Source: Planctomycetota bacterium
GTDB taxonomy: Bacteria > Planctomycetota > Phycisphaerae > Phycisphaerales > SM1A02
DNA: 24,000 nt
NCBI GenBank assembly: GCA_022568135.1
Contig: JADFFQ010000041.1
Coordinates: 1-24,000 of the forward strand
Direction of reading: 5' to 3'
This document shows, piece after piece, positions 16,739 to 23,823 of the stretch (the stretch's first letter is position 1; each line of letters begins with the position of its first letter). The translations under genes were made by a program, and so were the position numbers. The notes under the pieces are model-generated. The model did no database searches. It saw only the letters and a list, made by a program, of their open reading frames with translations, and was not told the origin of the DNA.

Positions 16739-18202
16739 ATGTTGACGATCCGCAACTTCATTGACGGGCAGCTCGTAGAGCCAGCGGGCAGGGCGTACTT
16801 CGACGACATCGACCCGGCCACGGGCGAGGTTTGCGCGCAGGTCCCCGATAGCGACCAGCGCGATGTCGAGGCGGCCGTGGACTCCGCTAAGCGAGCGTTC
16901 GGAGCGTGGTCGGCAACCCCCGCAGCGGAGCGCAGTCGAATCCTGCTTCGGATCGCGGACCTGATCGAACGCGACCTCGACGAACTCGCCCGCAGCGAGT
17001 GCATCGACACCGGCAAGCCGCTTAGCGTAGCAAGATCGGTTGACATCCCGCGCGCCGTGAAAAACTTCCGCTTCTTCGCCACAGCGATCCTGCACACGAA
17101 ATCCGAAACGCATCAGACCGATACCGACGCGCTCAACGTGACCCTGCGCCAGCCGCGCGGCGTAGCCGGGCTGATCTCGCCGTGGAACCTGCCGCTGTAT
17201 CTATTCACGTGGAAGGTCGCCCCGGCGATCGCCACCGGCAACACCGCGGTGGGCAAGCCCTCGGAGCTCACCCCCACGACCGCCTATCGACTGGCTGCAC
17301 TGTGTCAGGAGGCGGGTCTGCCGGCGGGCGTGCTCAATATCGTGCACGGCCTCGGGGCCAAGGCAGGCGCCGCCATCGTCCGCCACGGCGATGTCCCGAC
17401 GATCTCCTTCACCGGGGGAACCGAGACCGGCTCGCAGATCGCCCGCACCGCCGCTCCAATGTTCAAGCGTCTGGCGCTGGAGTGCGGCGGCAAGAACCCG
17501 ACGATCGTCTTCGCTGACGCTGATCTCGACGAAGCGCTTCCGGTGAGTGTGCAATCCGCGTTCGCCAACCAGGGAGAAACGTGTCTGTGCGGCTCCCGGA
17601 TCTTCGTCGAGCGTTCGGTCTACGACCAGTTCGTCGATCGCTTCGTCGAGCGCAGCGGCGCGCTGCGCGTGGGCGACCCGCTCCAGGAAAAAACCGACCT
17701 TGGGGCGCTGATCTCCAAAGAGCATCTGGCCAAGGTCGAATCGTATGTTTCGTTGGCTCAGGATGAGGGCGGCACGATCCGCTGCGGCGGGGCCCCCCCG
17801 GCGGCGATCAACGAGCGGTGCCGCGGCGGGTTCTTCCTCCAGCCGACGGTCATCACCGGGCTAGACGCGCAGTGCCGGACGAACCGCGAGGAAATCTTCG
17901 GCCCGGTGGTCACGATCATGCCGTTTGACGATGAGGAGCAGGTCATCGGCTTCGCCAACGCCACGCAATATGGGCTGTCGGCCTCGCTGTGGACGGGCAA
18001 TCTCGATCGGGCTCATCGCGTCGCCGGGCAGATTCAGTCCGGGACGGTGTGGGTGAACTGCTGGCTGCTGCGCGATCTGCGGGTACCCTTCGGCGGAATG
18101 AAGCACAGCGGCCTCGGCCGAGAAGGCGGCGAGGAAGCACTGCGCTTCTTCACCGAACCAAAGAACGTGTGTATCAAGCTGAGATCACTTAGCCCCGGGT
18201 GA
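16739..18202 (+). CDS. aldehyde dehydrogenase, 2-aminomuconate-6-semialdehyde dehydrogenase-like (ALDH8 / AmnC / NbaE type)
   Basis: 487 aa. ALDH motifs are present: ISPWNLPL, GKPSELTP, LECGGKNP (catalytic Cys region) and EEIFGPV. The specific substrate is inferred only from neighbours (ACMSD, a RidA-type deaminase, kynurenine genes). Confidence 0.8.
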   Translation: MLTIRNFIDGQLVEPAGRAYFDDIDPATGEVCAQVPDSDQRDVEAAVDSAKRAFGAWSATPAAERSRILLRIADLIERDLDELARSECIDTGKPLSVARSVDIPRAVKNFRFFATAILHTKSETHQTDTDALNVTLRQPRGVAGLISPWNLPLYLFTWKVAPAIATGNTAVGKPSELTPTTAYRLAALCQEAGLPAGVLNIVHGLGAKAGAAIVRHGDVPTISFTGGTETGSQIARTAAPMFKRLALECGGKNPTIVFADADLDEALPVSVQSAFANQGETCLCGSRIFVERSVYDQFVDRFVERSGALRVGDPLQEKTDLGALISKEHLAKVESYVSLAQDEGGTIRCGGAPPAAINERCRGGFFLQPTVITGLDAQCRTNREEIFGPVVTIMPFDDEEQVIGFANATQYGLSASLWTGNLDRAHRVAGQIQSGTVWVNCWLLRDLRVPFGGMKHSGLGREGGEEALRFFTEPKNVCIKLRSLSPG

Positions 18203-18217
18203 ATACACCCGGGGCCC
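18189..18217 (+). repeat. REP-like GC-rich hairpin, family member; contains the ALDH stop codon
   Basis: TTAGCCCCGGGTGAATACACCCGGGGCCC has a 10-bp stem GCCCCGGGTG / CACCCGGGGC (18192-18215) and loop AATA. The TGA at 18200-18202 inside the left arm terminates the ALDH. Confidence 0.7.
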
Positions 18218-18241
18218 ACGCGCGAATTGGAATTGAACGAC

Positions 18242-18682
18242 ATGTCCAGCAACGACCCGGGCCTCATGAGCCCCCGCGCCCCGGAACCCGTCGGCGCCTA
18301 TCCGCACGCCAGGCGCGTCGGCAACCTGTTGTATCTCTCCGGCGTCGGCCCCCGGAAACGCGGCCGCAAAGACATCCCCGGCGTGACGCTTGATACTCAG
18401 GGCAATGCGACTTCATATGACATTGAAGCGCAGTGCCGGTCGTGCTTCGACAACGTGCGGGCCATTCTGGAAGACGCCGGCTCGGGCTGGGACAAGATCG
18501 TCGATGTGCTGGTGTTCCTCACAAATATGAAGAAGGACTTCGCGCGGTTCAACACGCTGTATGCGGCATATTTCGCAGGCGACGGCAAGCCGAACCCGAC
18601 GCGTACCACGATCGAGGTCGGCTGCCTGCCCACGCCGATCGCGGTGGAGTTGAAAGTCATCGCGACGATCAAGGCAGACTAG
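18242..18682 (+). CDS. RidA/YjgF-family deaminase (2-aminomuconate deaminase-like by context)
   Basis: ORF 18227 (TTG) trimmed to ATG 18242. It has a RidA-like core: PEPVGAYPHARRVGNLLYLSGVGP ... VDVLVFLTNMKDF...RTTIEVGCLP. Confidence 0.75.
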   Translation: MSSNDPGLMSPRAPEPVGAYPHARRVGNLLYLSGVGPRKRGRKDIPGVTLDTQGNATSYDIEAQCRSCFDNVRAILEDAGSGWDKIVDVLVFLTNMKKDFARFNTLYAAYFAGDGKPNPTRTTIEVGCLPTPIAVELKVIATIKAD

Positions 18683-18742
18683 ATCGAAGCCGCAGCAATA
18701 TGATGCCCCATTGATTGCGCAAACCACGTCGAAGACTAGGTT

Positions 18743-19165
18743 GTGAACATTGGCGGTCCGGCATTCTGGGTTACCTTCGCGCTCTTTGTGTTGAGCCCGT
18801 TCGGCGCCTTCACATTGTCCTGGGCGATCCGGCGGCAATACTTCGCCACCAAACGAAACATTGTGATCTTGGCCGCCTACTACATTGTTTTTGTTGGCGG
18901 ATACCTCCCGACGTTCGTGTTTGGAGAAGGTGCTAATTCAGCTGTAGTTTTGCTTCAAACCGCTGGGTGTCTCTCTATTACCGCCGGACCATTTGTCGCA
19001 CTTTACTTCCTTGTTTCGATGATCTTCTTCACTGAGAGGCCCACCTACCCGCCTTGTCCCGGATGTGGATACGACCTGACCGGAAACACATCCGGTCGAT
19101 GCCCGGAATGTGGCAGGGAACTCCGTCCGCAACACGCCAAGCACCTTGAATCAAAGGATCGCTAG
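18743..19165 (+). CDS. small multi-pass membrane protein with C-terminal Cys4 zinc-ribbon
   Basis: GTG start, 140 aa, 3-4 hydrophobic helices. The C-terminus is CPGCGYDLTGNTSGRCPECG. The local GC is lower (a sampled 60-nt line at 18901 is 45% GC). It is a hypothetical protein. Confidence 0.55.
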   Translation: MNIGGPAFWVTFALFVLSPFGAFTLSWAIRRQYFATKRNIVILAAYYIVFVGGYLPTFVFGEGANSAVVLLQTAGCLSITAGPFVALYFLVSMIFFTERPTYPPCPGCGYDLTGNTSGRCPECGRELRPQHAKHLESKDR

Positions 19166-19800
19166 CACATACCCTTCTTGCTAGTCAATGGTCGCAACAC
19201 CGCCCGCACCGGCGAGGCGTCGAAGCCGACCAACGGCAGGGGTAGGGCGATCAGTTCGTACATCCCCTGCGGCACATCCTTGAGCATCAAGCCTTCCAGA
19301 ATCGCCATGTCGTGGGCAAGAACACGCTGGTGGGCGGGCAGGTCCTTGGATTCGAACAGGTCCACGCTGGGGGTATCGATGCCGATGAGCTTGACGCCTC
19401 GCTCGTGCAGATGATCGACAAGCTCCGGGCTCAGGGCCGCGAAGTCGTCGTTCCATTTCCGGGGGTCGGGAAACGTGCCGGTCGCAAGAAGCAGCCGGTC
19501 AGCTTGAACGTTCGCTGGGACATCTTCCGGTTCAATGCGGGCACCGCGTTTGACATCCAGGTGAATGACCTGGCACGGACCGACATACAACTCCAGGCTT
19601 CGTTGCTCGATTGATGGCGCATCGCGGCCGTAGTGGCTCGGGGCATCGGCATGAGCGCCCAGATGCACGGTCGCGTGCAGGGTGGAGAGCGTAAGGTTGT
19701 CACCGCGCTTCATGTCCAGCAGCACCTCGCGGCTCGGCGGAGTGTCGCCCGGCCAAACCTTCAAGTCCGGCGAAATCGGCGGCGTGATGTCGTAGATCAT
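19162..19800 (-). CDS. kynB: kynurenine formamidase (cyclase family)
   Basis: ORF 19162..19965 trimmed to ATG 19800 (MIYDITPPISPDLKVWPGD). The metal motif VHLGAHADAPSH is present. There is an ATGA 4-nt start/stop overlap with kmo. Confidence 0.85.
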   Translation of the reverse strand: MIYDITPPISPDLKVWPGDTPPSREVLLDMKRGDNLTLSTLHATVHLGAHADAPSHYGRDAPSIEQRSLELYVGPCQVIHLDVKRGARIEPEDVPANVQADRLLLATGTFPDPRKWNDDFAALSPELVDHLHERGVKLIGIDTPSVDLFESKDLPAHQRVLAHDMAILEGLMLKDVPQGMYELIALPLPLVGFDASPVRAVLRPLTSKKGMC

Positions 19801-21146
19801 CGCATGTCGAGCCCCCACAGCAGGCCAAGGATCACCATCAACGTGGCCACGGCTACCGTCCACCCGATCACGGCGAGGATTTGGTTCTGCCGGGCCGCTT
19901 TCCGCCTCGCTTGCGCGTAGGGGATCCGCGAGAAGGTCACCATGTTGTATAACGGCGTGTACCACCGCCCACAGAGCCTGTGAAGCATACCCTCGGCGCG
20001 TTTGCGCAGCCGGAACGCCGGCGAGGCCACGCGATCTCGCATCTCAATGAAGTTGCCGATCGCCAGGTCGGCGATGGCGTCGGCATTGACCTTGCGGCCA
20101 CGGAAATATCGCTCGAACGCCACGTGGCGATCCGACTTGGACTGCTCGAGACATTCAACGAGAGCGACGCAATCCTCGAACGCCGCGTTCATCCCCTGGC
20201 CGTAGAACGGTACAACGGCGTGGGCGGCGTCGCCGACGAGCACAACCTTATCCTCGTAGAACCACGGCGAACAGCGCACGGTCACCAGCGAACTCGTGGG
20301 GTTGCGCCGGTAATCCTCCGCCAGGCTGGGCATGAGTTCCACGGCGTCGCGGAAATTCGCCTGGAAGAAACGCTGAATCTCATCCTCACTCTTCACCGCC
20401 TTGAAGCTGCCAGGACCCACAAACGGCCAAAAGAGAGTACACGTGAATGAGCGGTCGCGGTTGGGAAGCGCAATCATCATGGAGCCGCCCCTCGGCCAGA
20501 TGTGCAGCGCGTGCGGCTCCATGGCGAAGTCACCGCCACGCGTCGGCGGAACCGTCAGCTCCTTATAGCCGTGCCCGAGGTACGTCTGGCTGTAATCGAA
20601 TTGATCGACCAACTGCATCCGCGCGCGCACGGCCGAGAACGCGCCGTCACAACCGATGACGACGTCTGCATCGACGCGAGTCGTTTCATTGTCAGCGGTG
20701 TTGAGCAACGTAACGGAGGGCTTGTCAATGTCAACGTCGATGCAGCGATGCTCGAAGTGATACCGAACGTTGGGGTGCTTCCGGGCGCCGTCGAGTAGCG
20801 TCACGTTCAGCCCACCCCGCGACACGGAGTTGATCGCATCGTTGGGGTTCTTGCTGTATGGCTGGAAGGTGAGCCGGCCGGCGGGTGAATGAATCATTCG
20901 CCCGCGCATCGGGATGGCGTCGTTGAGCACCGCCTCGGCCAGACCGGCTCGTTGCAGGGCGTGGATCCCTCGGACCGACAGCGCCAGGTTGATCGATCGC
21001 CCGCCGGTCAACCCCCTGGCCCGAGGGTCCGGCCGGCGCTCGTACACTCCCACGCTATAGCCGGCCTCGCCGAGCATGCACGCCAGCAGCGCCCCGGCCA
21101 AACCGGCGCCGACGATCACTATCCGCTGCCGCTCAGTCTCGACCAC
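19797..21146 (-). CDS. kmo: kynurenine 3-monooxygenase with C-terminal hydrophobic tail
   Basis: GTG start. The FAD motif IVIVGAGLAGALLA is present, along with GRSINLALSVRG and LVGDAAHAVVPFYGQGMN. The C-terminal stretch ILAVIGWTVAVATLMVILGLLWGL looks like a TM helix. Confidence 0.9.
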   Translation of the reverse strand: MVETERQRIVIVGAGLAGALLACMLGEAGYSVGVYERRPDPRARGLTGGRSINLALSVRGIHALQRAGLAEAVLNDAIPMRGRMIHSPAGRLTFQPYSKNPNDAINSVSRGGLNVTLLDGARKHPNVRYHFEHRCIDVDIDKPSVTLLNTADNETTRVDADVVIGCDGAFSAVRARMQLVDQFDYSQTYLGHGYKELTVPPTRGGDFAMEPHALHIWPRGGSMMIALPNRDRSFTCTLFWPFVGPGSFKAVKSEDEIQRFFQANFRDAVELMPSLAEDYRRNPTSSLVTVRCSPWFYEDKVVLVGDAAHAVVPFYGQGMNAAFEDCVALVECLEQSKSDRHVAFERYFRGRKVNADAIADLAIGNFIEMRDRVASPAFRLRKRAEGMLHRLCGRWYTPLYNMVTFSRIPYAQARRKAARQNQILAVIGWTVAVATLMVILGLLWGLDMR

Positions 21147-21174
21147 GCAACAAGTCTACCGTCAGCGCAAGCAT

Positions 21175-21201
21175 TTAGCCCCGGGTGATTCACCCGGTGC
21201 C
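21175..21201 (+). repeat. REP-like GC-rich hairpin, family member
   Basis: TTAGCCCCGGGTGATTCACCCGGTGCC shares the 14-mer TTAGCCCCGGGTGA with 18189-18202. It has an imperfect palindrome CCGGGTGA / TCACCCGG. It lies in the 82-bp gap between kynU and kmo. Confidence 0.65.
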
Positions 21202-21228
21202 AAACGAGGTTCGGATCAGAACTACCGA

Positions 21229-22530
21229 TCACAGATTTGCCGTCAGGATCTGCGTAAACCGCCACACCTCGTGGAAGGTGTTGTACAGCGGAACGGGCGC
21301 GGCGCGGATGATGTTCGGCTCGCGGAAGTCGCAGACGGCGCCCTCGGCCAACACGGCCTCGTGGCGGTGCCTGGGCTGATCGTGCACAAGAATCGAGAGC
21401 TGGCAGCCTTGGGCATCCGGGTCGCTAGGCGTGATGATCTCGAACCGATCGTTCGACGAGCGCTGCAGCAGAAAGCGCAGGTAGCCGGTGAGCTGCCCGG
21501 ATTTGTGCCGCAGCGCGTCCATGCCGACTTCGTCGAACATCTCCAGCGAGGCCTTCAGCGGCGCCATCGAAAGAATGGGCGGGTTGCTGACCTGCCAACC
21601 GGCCGCGCCAGGCTGCGGAACAAAATCGCGCTGAAGATGCATCTGGAAACGAGTTTCGGGATCATCGCCCCACCAGCCGGCCAAGCGGGGCAGGTCGGGG
21701 GCGTTGCCGTGCTTCTCGTGGACGAAGCACCCGGCAATGGCGCCGGGCCCGGCGTTGAGATACTTGTACGAACACCAGACCGCGAAATCGACCTCCCAAT
21801 CGTGCAGGTGAAGCTGGACGTTGCCGGCTGCGTGGGCCAGTTGCAGGCCGACCGCGCAGCCGTGATTCCGGGCGGCGGCGGCGATTCGAGCCATGTCGAA
21901 CACCTGCCCGGTATGGAAGTTCACGCCGGGCAATAACACCAGCGCGATCTGCTCGCCCTGTTCATCGAGGAAGCCTTCGATGTCCTCGGTGCGAACGGTG
22001 TGCTCACCCTCGCGGGGTTTGATCTGCACCAGCGTGTCGTTGGGATCAAGCCCGCGGCTGCGCAAGTGTGTCCTCACCGCATACAGGTCTGACGGGAAGG
22101 CCGGGTACTCCATCAGGATCTTGTGGCGCTTGGGCGTCGGGCGGAAGAAACTGACCAACATCAAATGCAGATTGATGGTCAGACTGTTCATCATGACTAC
22201 TTCGCCGGCCCCCGGAAGCGCCCCAACGAGCCGCTCGCCGCTTTCGCCGAACACCTCGTGATAGGAGTACCACGGCGTGCGAGCCTTGCGGTGGGCATCA
22301 ACAGCAAGCTCGGCCCAGTCATCGAGCTCCTGCTCAACCATCGCCCGGACGGTCTTGGGTTGCAGCCCCAATGAGTTGCCGGCGAAGTAGATGACCGGCT
22401 CGCCGTTGGGCCGGCGAGGAATGTGAAACCGATCGCGATACTCGCGCAGCGAGTCGGTCTCATCGAGATGGCGGGCAAACTCTTGCGACGGCTCGAAGGC
22501 GGTCGTCGCGCCGGACTCCGTGCGGCTCAT
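21229..22530 (-). CDS. kynU: kynureninase
   Basis: 433 aa. Motifs present: IYFAGNSLGLQPK, TPWYSYHE, and the PLP-lysine context WCSYKYLNAGPG. Confidence 0.9.
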   Translation of the reverse strand: MSRTESGATTAFEPSQEFARHLDETDSLREYRDRFHIPRRPNGEPVIYFAGNSLGLQPKTVRAMVEQELDDWAELAVDAHRKARTPWYSYHEVFGESGERLVGALPGAGEVVMMNSLTINLHLMLVSFFRPTPKRHKILMEYPAFPSDLYAVRTHLRSRGLDPNDTLVQIKPREGEHTVRTEDIEGFLDEQGEQIALVLLPGVNFHTGQVFDMARIAAAARNHGCAVGLQLAHAAGNVQLHLHDWEVDFAVWCSYKYLNAGPGAIAGCFVHEKHGNAPDLPRLAGWWGDDPETRFQMHLQRDFVPQPGAAGWQVSNPPILSMAPLKASLEMFDEVGMDALRHKSGQLTGYLRFLLQRSSNDRFEIITPSDPDAQGCQLSILVHDQPRHRHEAVLAEGAVCDFREPNIIRAAPVPLYNTFHEVWRFTQILTANL

Positions 22531-22557
22531 GCGCCCATCGTAGCGGCAACGACGCAG

Positions 22558-22582
22558 TTAGCCCCCCCCAGGCCGGGAGCTA
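22558..22582 (-). repeat. degenerate REP-like element forming the ACMSD 3' end
   Basis: The minus strand reads TAGCTCCCGGCCTGGGGGGGGCTAA. Compare 23703-23726, ATAGCCCCCGGCTCTGCCGGGGGG. It encodes the last ACMSD codons SSRPGGG plus TAA. Confidence 0.35.
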
Positions 22583-23649
22583 TGTGAGTGCGCTGCGGCA
22601 GCACGCCCCGATGACGCCGAGGACGTGAAGACCTGCGGGCCCAGGCCGAGGAACTCCAGAGCCGTTCCCGCCAGCAATCGCTCTCGGGCTTGAGGCGACA
22701 GCTCGTCGATCGACTCGATGAGCTTGCCCGGCTGCGATTCGCCCAAGGGAAACGGATAGTCCGAGCCGAGCGCAACGCGATCGGGCCCCATCAGATTGAC
22801 CAGATAACGCAACGCATCAGCATCGTGCACCAGCGAATCGAGGTAAATGCGATCCAGATAAGCGCGCGGGTTGCCCACCTGGTTTGGGTTCACCAGATCG
22901 GGGCGAGCGTGGTAGCCATGTTCGATTCGCCCGATGGTGAATGCAAACGCGCCGCCGCCGTGGGCAAAGGCGATCCGCAGCTTGGGCAGGCGCTCCAGCA
23001 CGCCGCCGAAGATTACCGAGCAGATGGCCAGGGCGGTCTCGACGGGCATCCCCACCAGCCACGGCATCCAGTACTTGCTCATCCGTTCACGCCCGAGCAT
23101 CTCCCAAGGGTGGACGAAGACCGCAGCCCCGAGCTCGGCCGCCGCCTCGAATACTCCAAACAACGCCGGCTCATCGAGGTTCCGCCCGTTGACGTGGCTG
23201 CCGATCTGGACACCTGCCAGGCCCAGCTCACCGACGCATCGTTGGAGCTCCTTGACGGCGAGGCCCGGATCCTGCATGGGGATCGTGCCCAGCCCGACAA
23301 AGCGATCCGGGTACTGCGCACAGACGCCGGCGATGTGATCGTTGAGCATCCGCGAAAGGTCCATCGCATCGGCCGGCTTCGCCCAATAGCTGAACATTAC
23401 CGGCACGGTGGAGAGCACCTGCACGTGGACACCACATTGATCACAGTCCGCAATGCGCTTCTGCGGGTCCCAGCAGTTGGCCTGAATGTCGCGGAAGCAC
23501 TTGTCATCGACCATCATGTGGGCGCAGTCGCATTGATAGTGATCGAGTCGCACCCATCCGCCGTAGCCGTACTTCTCCCTCAGGTCCGGCCAGTTCTGCG
23601 GCAGGATGTGGGTGTGCAGGTCGATTTTGAGGGGGCCCAGTTCCGACAC
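22558..23649 (-). CDS. 2-amino-3-carboxymuconate-6-semialdehyde decarboxylase (ACMSD, amidohydrolase-2 family)
   Basis: The metal-binding start [16 protein letters not shown] is present, along with AFAHGGGAF and [11 protein letters not shown]. The start is placed at GTG 23649. The annotated TTG 23820 would add 57 Arg-rich residues that read through the two REP-like hairpins. Start uncertain. Confidence 0.8.
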   Translation of the reverse strand: MSELGPLKIDLHTHILPQNWPDLREKYGYGGWVRLDHYQCDCAHMMVDDKCFRDIQANCWDPQKRIADCDQCGVHVQVLSTVPVMFSYWAKPADAMDLSRMLNDHIAGVCAQYPDRFVGLGTIPMQDPGLAVKELQRCVGELGLAGVQIGSHVNGRNLDEPALFGVFEAAAELGAAVFVHPWEMLGRERMSKYWMPWLVGMPVETALAICSVIFGGVLERLPKLRIAFAHGGGAFAFTIGRIEHGYHARPDLVNPNQVGNPRAYLDRIYLDSLVHDADALRYLVNLMGPDRVALGSDYPFPLGESQPGKLIESIDELSPQARERLLAGTALEFLGLGPQVFTSSASSGRAAAAHSHSSRPGGG

Positions 23650-23702
23650 GTTCCACAGCGTACCAGATGCATCGGCGCCGGCGCGGTGTTGGCTGCCCTG
23701 CC

Positions 23703-23726
23703 ATAGCCCCCGGCTCTGCCGGGGGG
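23703..23726 (+). repeat. REP-like hairpin, left member of an inverted pair
   Basis: ATAGCCCCCGGCTCTGCCGGGGGG has a 7-bp stem CCCCCGG / CCGGGGG and loop CTCTG. Confidence 0.65.
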
Positions 23727-23760
23727 TTCGTCCGCAACGGGCGTAAATCTTTGACTCGAT

Positions 23761-23784
23761 CCCCGGGCAGAGCCCGGGGCTAAG
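23761..23784 (-). repeat. REP-like hairpin, right member of an inverted pair
   Basis: The minus strand reads CTTAGCCCCGGGCTCTGCCCGGGG. It has a 7-bp stem and the same TTAGCCCCGGG core as 18189 and 21175. It is inverted relative to 23703-23726 with a 34-bp spacer. Confidence 0.65.
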
Positions 23785-23823
23785 GGAGGCGCGGACGCGG
23801 CGGCTCGCTCGCTGACTCAACCC

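Noticed and set aside
23650-23820. TTG-initiated 57-aa extension of ACMSD
   Set aside because: It is Arg-rich and low-complexity, and it is encoded by two REP-like hairpins. The conserved amidohydrolase core starts after GTG 23649. I kept it as an open question in the findings.
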